A stretch of DNA of 64,000 nt, taken from the IMG/VR virus record IMGVR_UViG_3300037760_000114, positions 40,085 to 104,084 of that record, one strand, 5' to 3'. Under the pieces are notes generated by a model that worked only from the letters and a program-made list of their open reading frames with translations, made no database searches and was not told the DNA's origin. Source of the stretch: a virus. This document shows, piece after piece, positions 11,056-22,132 of the stretch; position 1 is the stretch's first letter, and the number at the start of each line of letters is the position of its first letter. The translations under genes and the position numbers were made by a program.

Positions 11056-11490
11056 TTCCTGGCCACTCACGGCTGGCCTCCAGGTCCGTCCGGGCCGGGT
11101 CCGTAGCCGCCCGGATGCACCACAGCGGTGTCCCGGATGCCCGGCAGCGGTACGACCGCAGGTGGGGCCGATGGACCGTCCACCCTCGGTGGGATGCGGA
11201 GCATCTTGCGCGCCAGGCGATCTGCGGCCAGCCGGTCCCGGGCCTCGCCGATCGCCTTCCGGTGCCGCCAGCGTTGCCGCCGGGTGGCCCGGCGCCAGGT
11301 GAACCCGGCTATACACTGCCCGACAGCGTGGTGCCGCCCGCCCCGGTCGCACACCGGGCACGCATTGCCGATCCGCCACAGCCGGGTACACACGTCACAC
11401 ACCCACAGGTCGCCCAGCAGCAGCCACTCGCCGGACTCCTGATAAACGTCCGGCAGGTCGCACGAGTGCGCCGGCTCCGGTCTCGCTGGC

Positions 11491-12689
11491 TCAGACTGCC
11501 TCAGAACCCAGCCCATCCCCCACTCCCCTCTCGTTGGTCCATTGGCCTCGGTCCCAACGGCCCGCCACGATCTCCTCGGTCATCTCCGCCAGGGTCAGGC
11601 CACGCTCACGGGCAGCATCGACCGCCTGCCGATACTCGCCGTAGCACCGGCACACCATCCGCAGCTGTGTCCGCTGCTCCTCCACCGTCGCCGCTCGGGC
11701 CAGGGTTGATCGAAGTCCACCGTCGGCAGCCACAGCCGCCTGCCCGATGCTGGCGAAGGCGGACCGGAGCCCGGACATGGCAGCGCCGATCTGCCTACTG
11801 GCTGCACGGAACTGGAGCCGGAACTGCCGCTGGCGGTAGGCCCGGATCGGATGCCGGAGCACCCGCCACCACCGCAGCCGGCGGGGCGGGCGTGGCGGGG
11901 TAGCGGCGCCGGTCGGGAAGAGCGAAGGCCGGTTGACCGCGAACCCGAGCCGGAAGCTCGCCCGGATCGCTGCGGCGTGTCCTCGGCGAAGTACGGCGGG
12001 AGCCGGCTCCCCTCGTCCACGAACATCGCCGCGAGCCTCGGCCCTCGGTCATCCCGATGGTATGCCGCGCTGATCCGCTCCCGCTGGTCGACCAGCGAGT
12101 CGGTCAGGTCAACGCCGCTGTCCAGCTCGGCCATGGTCGGGTTGTCGGGATCAGCTGGCGGGTTCGGCATCCACACCAGCCGGCCGACCTGCTCCAGCCC
12201 GGCGGCCAACTCCTCCGCCGACACGCCCAAGGCAGCCAGCGGCACCGGTGGTCCGTACTCGGGAGTGGGGTCGAGCCGTCGGCAGTCGGACAGCTCCCGC
12301 TCCAACCGATCCCACATCTGATCGGCGCCCCTAACGGTGTCCGTGTCCGAGTCGGCCAACCACATACCAACCCAGCGGTGGCCGTCGTCCAGCCGGGCGA
12401 ACAACCTCCCGTCGTCGCTGCGGTACGTCCGGCACACCAGACCCGCCGCTGAGAAGGCCCGCTCCCAGTCCAGCACCAGCCCGGAGTCGTCGAACGCGGT
12501 CACCAGATCCGGGCGCCACCGCATCCCGGTCGGGCCACCATCACGCCAGGCGTCCGTGTCCGGGCCGACGTGCGACGGGCGGCAGTCTTCCGAGCAGTAC
12601 GCCGAACCCGGCCGTGGCTGGGCACCACACGGGCACAGACCAGCCACCGCGTTGTCCACCGCCGTCAGCGTCTTGTCGACCGTCACCAC
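11491..12689 (-). pseudogene. Phage hypothetical gene with an apparent frameshift near 11980
   Basis: ORF 11595..12689 turns low-complexity after EDT. The frame of 11491..11862 stays open upstream with GC3-rich codons (AAAIRASFRLGFAVNRPSLF). Confidence 0.4.
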
Positions 12690-14158
12690 TGACCTCTCCC
12701 CCGTACGGCTAACCAGCGGCTAGCCGTGACCAAATTAGCCGTGCTCACCGTCGTCGCCCCTCTCGTCCAGCACCCGCCGTGCTGTCTCCGCCAGTCGCTC
12801 CCGCTCGTCGGCCCGGATCAGCCGCTCCATCGCATCGAACGCGGCCCTCGCGTACGTGTCCACCGGCCGAAGCCCGACCCGGCGGTAGTGCTCCCGCGCG
12901 GCCTTGACGCACCGGTCGCGGAACAGGACCGCGTTGCGTATCCGGGCCAGATCCTCCGAAGTCGCCTCACCCATGCTCTCCCACCTCTGCCTGCCCCAGG
13001 ATCTGCCGGGCCAGGGCGATCACCTCGTCGCACGGCACCCGGTTCAGCATCTGCACGTCCAGCCCGCCCAGCCACGCCGCCTGGTGAAAGAGTGCCGCCA
13101 TGGCGCGACCAACACCCGGCGACACCGCAGCGGTCCAGTAGTAGGGGCCGGGCACGCCAGCCAGCGACGCATGACTCGCGTGAGAGTCCGCCACCCGGCT
13201 CAACAGCTCCCCCGCTCGCCGCAGCAGCTCCACGTCGGCATCCGTCGCGGGTGTGTGTTTACTCATGGTCGCCTCCGGCCAACTCCAGCGCCCCCATGTC
13301 GATGACGTAGATGTGCCCGTCGGTGAACGCCGACGGCTCGACGGTCCACAGCCCCGGCGCCGGGCTGTGCCGCTGGATCAGCGCCTCAAGATCGGCCACC
13401 AGCTCGGGTGGGCAGATGATCGTCTTGCGCATCCGGCCGAACTGGGCGAGTGCCTGCTGAATTTCGTCGAGTAGGTCAGCCATGGAGCAACGCCGCCAGA
13501 ATCATCAAGCCGACCCCCAGCAACAGCGGCACCGCAAGAGGCCAGATGCTGGGTCCGTCGCTGTCCATCTTGATCCAGCTGTTGTCAGGTGGTGGCCTCA
13601 TCCGGTCGTGGTCGTGAGGTAGCCGGTTGCTGCCTCCGGCGGAGCCCGTGCCGTCACGCCCGGCGCTGAAGTCGGCCGGGTCCAGCGGGTGGGTTGCCTC
13701 GTAACCGTGGCCTCTAGGCATGGTCACCTCCGGTGCTGTGCTGGCGGGCGATCTGGGCAGCGCGGAACGGCGGTATGCCAGTGGAGTGCTCGCCACGCTC
13801 CTCAAAGTGGCGGGCGATCTCCTCGGCGACCCGGGCGCGGGGTGCCCACCGCTTCGGCTGCCAACCGGCGGCGAGCATCCGATCCAGCAGGTCCTCCCGA
13901 TCGTCCGGGCGTGCGGCAATCTGTTCGGCGTGCTCCATGTGCTCGCGGGTGAGCCGGATGCAGGATCCGCCACGGTGCCAGCCGGCGGCGGTGAGCGCGT
14001 CCAGCATCACCTCGGCCCAGTGTTCGTCCCAGTCCTCCACCAGGGGTCCGCAAGCGCAGTGGTCCGCGTCCTGCGCCCGGTCGTTGCGGTCAAGGTCGAT
14101 GTAGTGATGGCGTAGTGCGTCGGCAACGGTCTCCACGTCGGTGTCGTCGTACAGGCGG

Positions 14159-16810
14159 TCAGCCATGCTGCGGCTCCTCTGCGGCGGTGGTGGGGATGGT
14201 GATGATGCCGGTGCGGACGGCCTGCGCCAGCGTTATCCCCGGGTAGCCGTCGGCGAGTTGGTCCAGTGCGGCCTCCACTGATCCGGGTTGCCCGTGCCAG
14301 GTGAGCGCGTCGGCGGCTGCGTCGCGGGCGATCTCCTGCCGCAGTTCGGGGTCGAGGATCGCGGCGAGCCGCTGCACCTCGGCGCGGGCGGTGGCCAACT
14401 CGTCGCGGGCGACCTTCAACTCTGCGTGCAAGCGCAGCCGATGCATGGCGTTTTCGTCGCCGAGTTCACATTGGTGCTGGAATCGCTGCTGTGCACGCTC
14501 AGCCTCGGCCTTCCACCGGTCCCGGTCGGCGGTCAGCTCTTGGACCATGCCGGCCCATGCCGCACGGACCGCGCCACCGATCTGCCCAGCCTGCTCAGCG
14601 GCGGCGAGCAGGGCACGCAGCTGGTCGGCGTCGGCGGCGGTCATCTCGACGCAGACGACGCCATCGGGCCACTCGGCGGGGCTGGCGTCGGACACGATCC
14701 GGTCGATGGTGGTGCGGTCCCAGCCGGGGCCGTCGCCCGGCGTACTGTCCACCCCACTGTCCGCCCCCTTTTGGCCGCTGGGCTGCGGCGTTGCGCCGTC
14801 GCCGGTGGTGGTGGTGTCCGGTGGGTTGTCCGGCCGGCGGGTGCCGCAGTGGGGGCAGATGCTCCACTCGGGGTCCGGTGCAGCGCCGCAGTGGTGGCAC
14901 CGTGGCGCCGAGCCGGCGGCCACGGCGCGGGCGGTGTCGAGCACCCACCGTGCGGCCGGGCAGTCCGGGTCGTGGGACTGGGTGTCCTGGCACCGGCAGG
15001 TGGCCAGGTCGAGCCCGCCTGGCGCCAAGTTGGGGGCGGGTTCACTTGGAGCGTCGACCTCACGCTCCAAGTTCCGTTGGCTTGAATCCGCCGGGCCGGG
15101 ATTCAGGTCTTCCGGGTGCGGCTTGAATCCGTCCGCGTCGGCGGCGTCCACGGCGGCGCGCTGGCGGCGCAGCAGCTCCCGCATGATGTCAGGCACGTCG
15201 ACGGGCACGCCTTGCCGCGTTTCTGCGGCGAGGTCCCGGGCGGTGTCGAGCACCCGCGGCACCCACGCCGCCCGCTCCCGGTCCCCGACGGCAGTCCCGG
15301 CCACGATGGCGCGGATTTCGTCATCCTGCCGCTGGACCATGCGCCGCAGCTCCCGCACCAGGGCCACCAGCGCCGGCACGTCGGTGCGGGCGTGCGCCAC
15401 GAACTCGGCGTCAGCGTGCCCTTCGTCGCTGTCTTCGTCGTACGCGGGCGCGTTCGGCCCGGCGCACACCCATCCGTGGTCGCCGATCGTGACGCAGCCA
15501 TGCAGCGGGTTGGGGTCGGTGTGCTCCTTGTGCCACGGTCCGGGGGTGGCTGCGTTGGCGCGGGCCTCGATCGCGTCGAGGTCGAGCCCGCCCGCCCGTG
15601 CGCCGCTGTGGGCGTCCGGGGTGCCCGGGGCCGTGCCCGGGGCCGTGGTGGCGGCAGCGGCAGGCCCAGCCGGTGCGGCGGGCCGATCACAGCCGCATGT
15701 CGCCGTACACCGCTCGCCGTAGCCGTGTTTGCCGTTCGCACCAAGCGGGCGATGCCGGTCGCATTCGTCGACCAGCCGACCGAGCCGGGCGATGTGCTCG
15801 TAGCGCCGATTGCCGGGTGGTAGCTGGCCAAGGGCAGTCTGCGCTACGCACAGGGTTTCCCGGAGCATCTTCGGCGAGTCGGGCACGGTCAGCGTTGTCC
15901 CGGATCGCTGTGCGGGTGCGGCGGGCCGCTGTGGCGTCTCCCGCCACGGGGACAGCCCGCCCACCTCGATGCGGTGCGCGTCGACCACCAACATGGCAGC
16001 GTTGGTCCTTGACGCATCCGCCTGCCGCAGGTCGCTGCGCTCCCACCGTTCGGCGGCTTCGCTGCACTGGTCGGCTTCCCACCGCAGCGCGGCGACCCAC
16101 TCGGCGCGGGTGCGGGCATCCTCCACCCGCTGCGCCTCCGCCTGCATCTCGGCGAACTGGGCTTCCATCACCCAGCCGGCGGAGGTCCGCCAGCCGTCGC
16201 CGTCGTGGTCCCACTCGACCGGCATCACGATGGTGACGCTCTCCGGCTCCGGCTGGTCGGCGGCCCATGGCGGAGCGAAGCGGCCCTCCCATGCGCCGCA
16301 CGCCGGGCACTGTGCCTGCCTGTCGTCAGGGCCGAAGGTGAGTTGCCCGTAGCAGCGCTGACCGTCCGGCTCCAGTTCATTGCGGCATGGGCGACTGACG
16401 GCGGCCGGGGCGTCCGCCTGCTGGTCGTCCTGCACCTCCTGCACCTCCTGCACCTCCTGCCGAGCCTTGACCGCGGCCAGCCCGGCGCGCAGCCGTGCCG
16501 CGTAGGCGAATGCCGGCGCGAGAGCTTCCTCGGCGGCGGCCTCGGCTGCTGCGTGCACGTCGGCTGCCGGGGTGTCTGCCGGCGGCTCCTGCCGGACGCT
16601 GCGCCACGGCAGGTCCGTGGTCCCCCCGGCGGTGCTGATCTCACCGGTCGGACCGCAGACGGTACCGCCGGAGCCGTCGGGCACGGCGTGGACACAAGCC
16701 GGTCGGATGCCGCCGCACCAGCCGTCGGGCCACCCGACGCGGCGGACGCTGTGCGGGTCGTGCGGGTCGGTGTCGCCGCACGGCGCGGTGGTCGGGTCGG
16801 GCGCGGTCAT
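14159..16810 (-). CDS. Large mosaic phage protein with an Ead/Ea22-like segment and Zn ribbons
   Basis: LDLDAIEARANAATPGPW...DAEFVAHARTDVPALV; CPACG, CHHCG, CPHCG. Confidence 0.55.
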   Translation of the reverse strand: MTAPDPTTAPCGDTDPHDPHSVRRVGWPDGWCGGIRPACVHAVPDGSGGTVCGPTGEISTAGGTTDLPWRSVRQEPPADTPAADVHAAAEAAAEEALAPAFAYAARLRAGLAAVKARQEVQEVQEVQDDQQADAPAAVSRPCRNELEPDGQRCYGQLTFGPDDRQAQCPACGAWEGRFAPPWAADQPEPESVTIVMPVEWDHDGDGWRTSAGWVMEAQFAEMQAEAQRVEDARTRAEWVAALRWEADQCSEAAERWERSDLRQADASRTNAAMLVVDAHRIEVGGLSPWRETPQRPAAPAQRSGTTLTVPDSPKMLRETLCVAQTALGQLPPGNRRYEHIARLGRLVDECDRHRPLGANGKHGYGERCTATCGCDRPAAPAGPAAAATTAPGTAPGTPDAHSGARAGGLDLDAIEARANAATPGPWHKEHTDPNPLHGCVTIGDHGWVCAGPNAPAYDEDSDEGHADAEFVAHARTDVPALVALVRELRRMVQRQDDEIRAIVAGTAVGDRERAAWVPRVLDTARDLAAETRQGVPVDVPDIMRELLRRQRAAVDAADADGFKPHPEDLNPGPADSSQRNLEREVDAPSEPAPNLAPGGLDLATCRCQDTQSHDPDCPAARWVLDTARAVAAGSAPRCHHCGAAPDPEWSICPHCGTRRPDNPPDTTTTGDGATPQPSGQKGADSGVDSTPGDGPGWDRTTIDRIVSDASPAEWPDGVVCVEMTAADADQLRALLAAAEQAGQIGGAVRAAWAGMVQELTADRDRWKAEAERAQQRFQHQCELGDENAMHRLRLHAELKVARDELATARAEVQRLAAILDPELRQEIARDAAADALTWHGQPGSVEAALDQLADGYPGITLAQAVRTGIITIPTTAAEEPQHG

Positions 16811-18104
16811 CGGGACTCTCCCTCGGTGGTGGTGGTTTCGATGTCGCGCATCAAGCGGGCTACGGCGGCGGCGTGCTGCTCGGGGATGCCGTACCGGCGA
16901 CAAGCGGCCAGCGCCGCCCGCTGGCTCAGGTCATGCAGCTCGGCGGCTGCATCGGTGGCAGCCCGGTCCGCCGCGACGGCTCCCGGCTTCGGCCAGCCGG
17001 GGCAGCCGAACTCGCCCCACGAGGTGCGCAGAGTGTGGCGGGCGTGTGGCCGCTTGTCCACGCAGGTGCCTAGGTGCGGGTCACGCTGGTAGTGCTGGCT
17101 CATCGGGTGCTCCCCTCGGTGGTGGTAGATCCGCTGCGGCGGTACGGGCGGCGGCCCGTACGCAGCCACTCCAGCAGCGGCTCCGCCAGGTCAATGACGT
17201 GGTTGGCGACACCATGCGGGGTTCCGGACACGTCGCCGATGATGTAGGCGGCGGTGTTCAGCGCCGACTCGCGGAGCTGCTGCTCGCGGGTGGCGTCGTT
17301 GTCGGCTTCGGCGATGGTGCGCAGGGCGCGTTGCTCCTCGATGAGCATTTGGGTTGGACTCAGGCGGTCGGACATGGTCACTCCTCGGTGGTGGTAGTGG
17401 CGCCGCATCCGCAGCGGTGGTACCGGTCGTCATGCGGCGGACGCACACAGGAGTGATCACGCCAGCCAGCGGGGTTGTGGGAGCTGGTCCACTCGTGGCC
17501 GCAGTGGCTCATCGGGTCACTCCGTCCCGATCGCGTCGTGGAACATGGCCGCGGTCGGGATCGCAGCCGCCAGCCACACTGCGCCGACAATCAGCGACGC
17601 TGTCTCATGGCCAGCGATCACCAGTCCGAGCGCCACCGCCCAACCTGTGACGGCCACCACGACCAGCACTGCGCCAGCCGCCTCGGCAACCCACTGCCGC
17701 ACTCCCCGGCTCATCGCCGCACCGCCTGAGCCACGAACCGGATCACAGCTCCAGCGGCCAGGCAGATCAGAACCAGCGGCCAATACCCGACCGGCGGCAC
17801 CGACGCAGACAGCTCGTGATGCAGCACCCCCATCGCCAGCATCACCAGCCAGCCCACCAGCAGACTCGACAGCACGGATATCAGGGCAGCCACGACCATC
17901 AGGCGGGCGACCTCAAGCATTGATCCCCCGCTGCTCATCGCTGCCCCTGCTCGGTCGCCTCGTCGGGTAGCCCGCACAGGTTCCGGTGATGCTCACGCAC
18001 CACCCGACGCTCGGCCGCTGTGAACTCCTGCGTGAACACGGTCTGCGGCCAGCCGACAGGGCAACGGCACTCAACAGCCGGGCTGGTATCCCGACCGGTG
18101 GCGG

Positions 18105-18383
18105 TCACCGGGAATCCCCCACCGGCTCGTACGTCGCCGCGAACACGTCCGGCTTGATCGGATAGAACGTGCCCGGCTTCGAGTCCGGCACCACCCAGTC
18201 ACCGACCCGGCAGGGCGCCGGATCGCCGTGCGTGGTGGTCAGGATCAGGTGCTCCGGATTCTTCTCGGTCGGCCCGTAGATGCCGTCCGCGCCGAACGCA
18301 CCCCAGATCTCGGCCACGTTGTCGCCGGTGAACTGGATCGCCTCTACCTCGATTGGCTTCTTGCGGTAGGTCCCCATGTCCAT
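18105..18383 (-). CDS. Conserved small phage protein (RKKPxxxEA...GDW...YPxKPDxF family)
   Basis: YRKKPIEVEAIQF...VGDWVV...FYPIKPDVFAATYE. Confidence 0.7.
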   Translation of the reverse strand: MDMGTYRKKPIEVEAIQFTGDNVAEIWGAFGADGIYGPTEKNPEHLILTTTHGDPAPCRVGDWVVPDSKPGTFYPIKPDVFAATYEPVGDSR

Positions 18384-18646
18384 CACTCCTCGTTGATCTC
18401 GTCGTTGTCCAGTCCGTCCAGCAGGGAGGGCTGCATCGGGTTGCCGACCCGCACCGGCCGCACCGGGCGGGGCTTCCTGGCCCGCACCAACCCCAGCCGC
18501 GCCGCGCACGTCCTGCCGAGCCCGATGGGAACCCATCCCGGATCGGACAACACCCGGCGGCAACGGCGGCAGCGAACGGCGTCGGTCACTCGTCGGTCCG
18601 CCAGCCCTCGTCGCATCCGTCCGGGCACCCACCCGTACCGCCGCAC
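18383..18646 (-). CDS. DUF6011-like Zn-finger protein
   Basis: CRRCRRVLSDPGWVPIGLGRTC; the true start may be further downstream. Confidence 0.6.
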   Translation of the reverse strand: MRRYGWVPGRMRRGLADRRVTDAVRCRRCRRVLSDPGWVPIGLGRTCAARLGLVRARKPRPVRPVRVGNPMQPSLLDGLDNDEINEE

Positions 18647-19019
18647 TCGCCACAGCCGCCCATCTCACTGGCCCATCCGTCACACCCCGGGCAGACACCG
18701 CCAGCCATGCAGGTGGAGCAGCGCCAGCGGCACGGGCCTTGGTGTCCGGTGCCCTCGCTGTCGTCCAAGGCGCAGCAGCCGTGATCCTCCGGCGGATGCA
18801 GGGCAGCGGGGCGGGTCATCCGCTCACTGGCCACGCTGACTCCTCTCGATCTGTTCCCGGATCAGCCGGGCCACCGGCGGGGTGACGAACCCCGAGACGC
18901 CAGGTGTGTCCTCGGTGGCGTCGGGGTCGAACGTCGGGGCGGTGTGGGCGCGTGCCCGTTCCACCGCTGCCGCCCCCGCTGCGGCAGCAGCACGCTCCCC
19001 CGCCGTCCGATGCCCGGAC

Positions 19020-19556
19020 TCAGGCCGCATCGCAGTCCTCCCCGGGCGTACCGGCCATCCGCTCGACCGTCTCCGCCAGCTCCGCGAGAGCATCGCGGCG
19101 CGGCTGCGGCTCCAGGCTCCGCACTCTGCCCAGCGCGGCCCGCGCGGCGGCCACGCCACGGGCGTTGCGCTCCCCCTGACTCGGCCCAGCGGCGAACCTG
19201 CCCGGCGGCAACGCCAGCCGCTGAGACTCCCCCGGCGTGGGTTGCTGGACCCGCCTCAGTGCCTCCAGTACGGCGTACGGATCGTCCGGGTCAACACCCC
19301 GCAAGGCTCGCAGCTCCTGGACCCACTGCCCCCGGGACTCAGCCCGGCGGCGCCGCTTCACCACGGCGATCACGTGCCCCGCCTTCAGGTAGGCGTCCGG
19401 ACTGGTGGTGTAGTGCTCCCGCACAGCGGCGGCAGCCTCAGCCAAGCTGATCCCCTCCAGGTCGGCTGCCCACGCCTGAGCGGCGGCCTGACTCGGCGTC
19501 CGGTTGTCGTACACGGCGGCGATCGCCAACAGCTTGATCGCGTCCTGGATGTTCAT
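19020..19556 (-). CDS. Replicative helicase loader/inhibitor-like protein
   Basis: MNIQDAIKLLAIAAVYDNRT...AW...AVREHY; directly downstream of the initiator. Confidence 0.6.
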   Translation of the reverse strand: MNIQDAIKLLAIAAVYDNRTPSQAAAQAWAADLEGISLAEAAAAVREHYTTSPDAYLKAGHVIAVVKRRRRAESRGQWVQELRALRGVDPDDPYAVLEALRRVQQPTPGESQRLALPPGRFAAGPSQGERNARGVAAARAALGRVRSLEPQPRRDALAELAETVERMAGTPGEDCDAA

Positions 19557-20617
19557 GTCGCCCCCTCTGCGGCGAGCTGGGCGCCGAGATCGAGCCAGCC
19601 CTGAACGCGGCTGTCGGTGGTGGACTGCCGCTGGTCGGGGCGTTTCTGGTGCCGCAGGGCGACCACCGTCCCGGGCTGCTCGGCGTCCGGCACGGCGGTG
19701 CTGATCTGGTGGATCAGCGACGGCAGCACACCGGGTCCGAGGTCGCCGCGTACCTGCCACAGCCGCAGCGCCTCGGCCACATCGGTTTCGGTGGTGCCGA
19801 CCCGCAGCGCGTCGTGGACGTGCCGGGCGATCGCGTCTACCACGGCGGGCTGCGCTCTGCCGTTGGGCAGCGACGAGAGCCAGCCGGTGATGATCCGTTC
19901 GGCTGGTCCGGCTGGGTCGCTGTTGGGCGGCTCGCCAAGATCGCGGCCCCTACTACCGTTAGCTACGTACGCAGCTGTACCACCGGGGTTCGGGGAATCG
20001 GGGATAGGGGAATCACTACTACTACTCCGTACCCTTCCCCTTTCCCCGTGGGCACCACGCGTGCCCTTCCCGGAAGGCACATCGGAACCCTTCCCGGAAG
20101 GGTTCCCCGAACGGTTGTCTTGACGGTTGTCTTGACGGTTGCTCGGTGGGTCTGGGTACCCATCTCCGATGGCTTGCAGCATCTCCGCGACGATCGCGGC
20201 GGACCTCTGGGTCATGTCCCCCGCCTCGGCGATCCGGCGCAGCTCAACGGCGAGTTCACTCAGGATCGGGCGGCTCTCGATCAGCGGCAGATGGTCTCGG
20301 GCAGCGCACAGGACGTTCGGCTGCCGGTACACCTTGTCGCGGCGCATGAACGACCGCACCAGCAACTCCTCGGTGTCTTCGTCGATCACCACGAACCGGC
20401 CGGCCACCAACTCCCCCAGCGCGGCCGTGACCACCTCGGGCGTCAGGTCGCGGGCACGTCGAGCCCAACGCTTGACCCGGAGGGCAATCACACCGGTGTG
20501 CGCCATGTCGCGCTGTGACAGCAGGAACATGAAGACCCGCTGCGCGTCGCCCGTGAGCGCAAGGAAGTCATCGTCGTCCCAGATGTCCACGGTGATCCGG
20601 GCCTCGCTACGCGCCAC
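19553..20617 (-). CDS. Phage replication initiator protein
   Basis: ARITVDIWDDDDFLALT..AQRVFMFLLSQ wHTH-type N-terminus; internal iteron-like repeats. Confidence 0.7.
   Translation of the reverse strand: MARSEARITVDIWDDDDFLALTGDAQRVFMFLLSQRDMAHTGVIALRVKRWARRARDLTPEVVTAALGELVAGRFVVIDEDTEELLVRSFMRRDKVYRQPNVLCAARDHLPLIESRPILSELAVELRRIAEAGDMTQRSAAIVAEMLQAIGDGYPDPPSNRQDNRQDNRSGNPSGKGSDVPSGKGTRGAHGERGRVRSSSSDSPIPDSPNPGGTAAYVANGSRGRDLGEPPNSDPAGPAERIITGWLSSLPNGRAQPAVVDAIARHVHDALRVGTTETDVAEALRLWQVRGDLGPGVLPSLIHQISTAVPDAEQPGTVVALRHQKRPDQRQSTTDSRVQGWLDLGAQLAAEGAT
20064..20141. repeat. Iteron-like repeats inside the initiator gene (candidate origin)
   Basis: CCCTTCCCGGAAGG twice (20064, 20088); ACGGTTGTCTTG twice plus ACGGTTG (20111-20141). 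Confidence 0.55.
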
Positions 20618-21233
20618 GGCTACCTCCCGCCACGGCCACAGGCGTCCAGTCGACCCGGTTACCCTTCTGGCGATTGCACGGGGAGCACGACAGGACCAGG
20701 TTGTCGGCGATCGTCTCGCCACCCAAAGACTCTGGGATCAGGTGATCTAGTTCGTGTTCGAAAACCACCCAGTGGGCCGTGGCCCGCTTGATCGGCCAAT
20801 CGACCCTCCCCAGTACCCCACAGTGGTGGCAGGGTACGTAGCAGCTATCACCCGGGCGCGCGCCGTACCTGATCGCCACCTCAAGGCGCACAGACGTGGG
20901 GATCTTCGCCTTCCTATAGGTGCTTTCCGGCTTCGGGAAAACCGGGCCGTGGTCGCCGGCAACGACCCTGTATCGGGTTCGTTCTGGTGAACCCTGAACA
21001 GAGCTAGATCGCAAGCGGATGATCCATCCCAGGCGCTCAAGGCGGCCGAGCCACCGAGCCACCGTGGCACGACCTAGACCGGTCGCTGTCTTGATCTCGT
21101 TCAGCGACAGCGACAGGGCCGGCGGTTCTGACGCATCGTCCTTCACGAACGACAGGAGCGTCAGCAAGATCAACCGGGCCGGCCATTCCAGCTTGGAACC
21201 CAACACGGCCACCTGAATCTCCCGCTTGGTCAT
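20607..21233 (-). CDS. wHTH-HNH endonuclease fusion
   Basis: SLNEIKTATGLGRATVARWLGRLERLGWI followed by CHHCG...ELDHLIPESLGG...NLVLSCSPCNRQKG. Confidence 0.8.
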   Translation of the reverse strand: MTKREIQVAVLGSKLEWPARLILLTLLSFVKDDASEPPALSLSLNEIKTATGLGRATVARWLGRLERLGWIIRLRSSSVQGSPERTRYRVVAGDHGPVFPKPESTYRKAKIPTSVRLEVAIRYGARPGDSCYVPCHHCGVLGRVDWPIKRATAHWVVFEHELDHLIPESLGGETIADNLVLSCSPCNRQKGNRVDWTPVAVAGGSRGA

Positions 21234-21373
21234 TGGTGTCACCCCCTGCCCCTCCCGCCGGTCAGTCATCCGTTCGGTCACCCCGCCCTCCCCTGCTTGC
21301 ATGACCCATCCATATGCCCTAACCATTGGTGTGTGGCTACGGTGGTGGCTACGTACGTGGTTACAATAGCCTG

Positions 21374-21658
21374 ATGACCAGAGCGACAACCACGCCACCC
21401 GCCTCGTACTTTCAGACGACCCTGTCGCCACCAGAAGGGCCACGCACGTACGCTGACGGCGTGGCCACTGATAGCAGCGACATCCGACGCTTCCGCGCCG
21501 ACGACGAACTGTGGGCGGCCTACACCGCAGTGGTTGGCGAGCGTCGCCGATCCGCTGATCTCCGGGCCTACATCGAGTGGCGGATTGAGCATCCCGACCA
21601 GCCCTTGCCCGGCCGCTGGCGCGGCCCTGCCGTGCGCAGGCAGAAGACCGGCGAGTAG
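21374..21658 (+). CDS. Small RHH-like DNA-binding protein
   Basis: IRRFRADDELWAAY...RSADLRAYIEW. Confidence 0.5.
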   Translation: MTRATTTPPASYFQTTLSPPEGPRTYADGVATDSSDIRRFRADDELWAAYTAVVGERRRSADLRAYIEWRIEHPDQPLPGRWRGPAVRRQKTGE

Positions 21659-21661
21659 GTC

Positions 21662-22132
21662 ATGCCGTGGCGACAGGGAGCCGCGCTGTACCGGCTGTAC
21701 GACGCTGACGGAGGGCTGCTCTACATCGGCATCGCCGAGAACCCGGACACCAGGTGGAAGCAGCACGCCAAGCAGTCGCACTGGTGGACCAAGGTCGACC
21801 CGTCGCGTTCCCGTGTTGAGTGGTACCCGGGAGGGTACGACGCGGCAGCCGCCGAGAAGGCGGCCATCGCGGCCGAAGATCCGCCGTTCAACGTGGTCGG
21901 CTCTCCGCGTCGCACCTACACGCCGAAGCCGAAGGTGGCGGAGATAGACGGCAGCCGCGCGGTGCCGATCAATGAGCTGAGACCGACCCTCGGCGACCGG
22001 GTCGACGCCGCCTACTTCCTCGGCGAGGACACCGTCGTCACCAAGAAGGGCAAGCCCCGCGCCGTCCTGGTCTCGCACGAGTGGTGGCAGCGCATGTGCG
22101 CGCTCGAAGCCGGGCGCGGCAACGAATCCTGA
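21662..22132 (+). CDS. GIY-YIG nuclease fused to a Phd/YefM-like domain
   Basis: ALYRLYDADGGLLYIGI...RWKQH...E..AI..E.PPFN, then VPINELRPTLGDRVDAA...TVVTKKGKPRAVLVSHEWW. Confidence 0.75.
   Translation: MPWRQGAALYRLYDADGGLLYIGIAENPDTRWKQHAKQSHWWTKVDPSRSRVEWYPGGYDAAAAEKAAIAAEDPPFNVVGSPRRTYTPKPKVAEIDGSRAVPINELRPTLGDRVDAAYFLGEDTVVTKKGKPRAVLVSHEWWQRMCALEAGRGNES

Noticed and set aside
16430-16460. 9-bp tandem repeat encoding QEV three times
   Set aside because: An ordinary in-frame slippage repeat in a linker.
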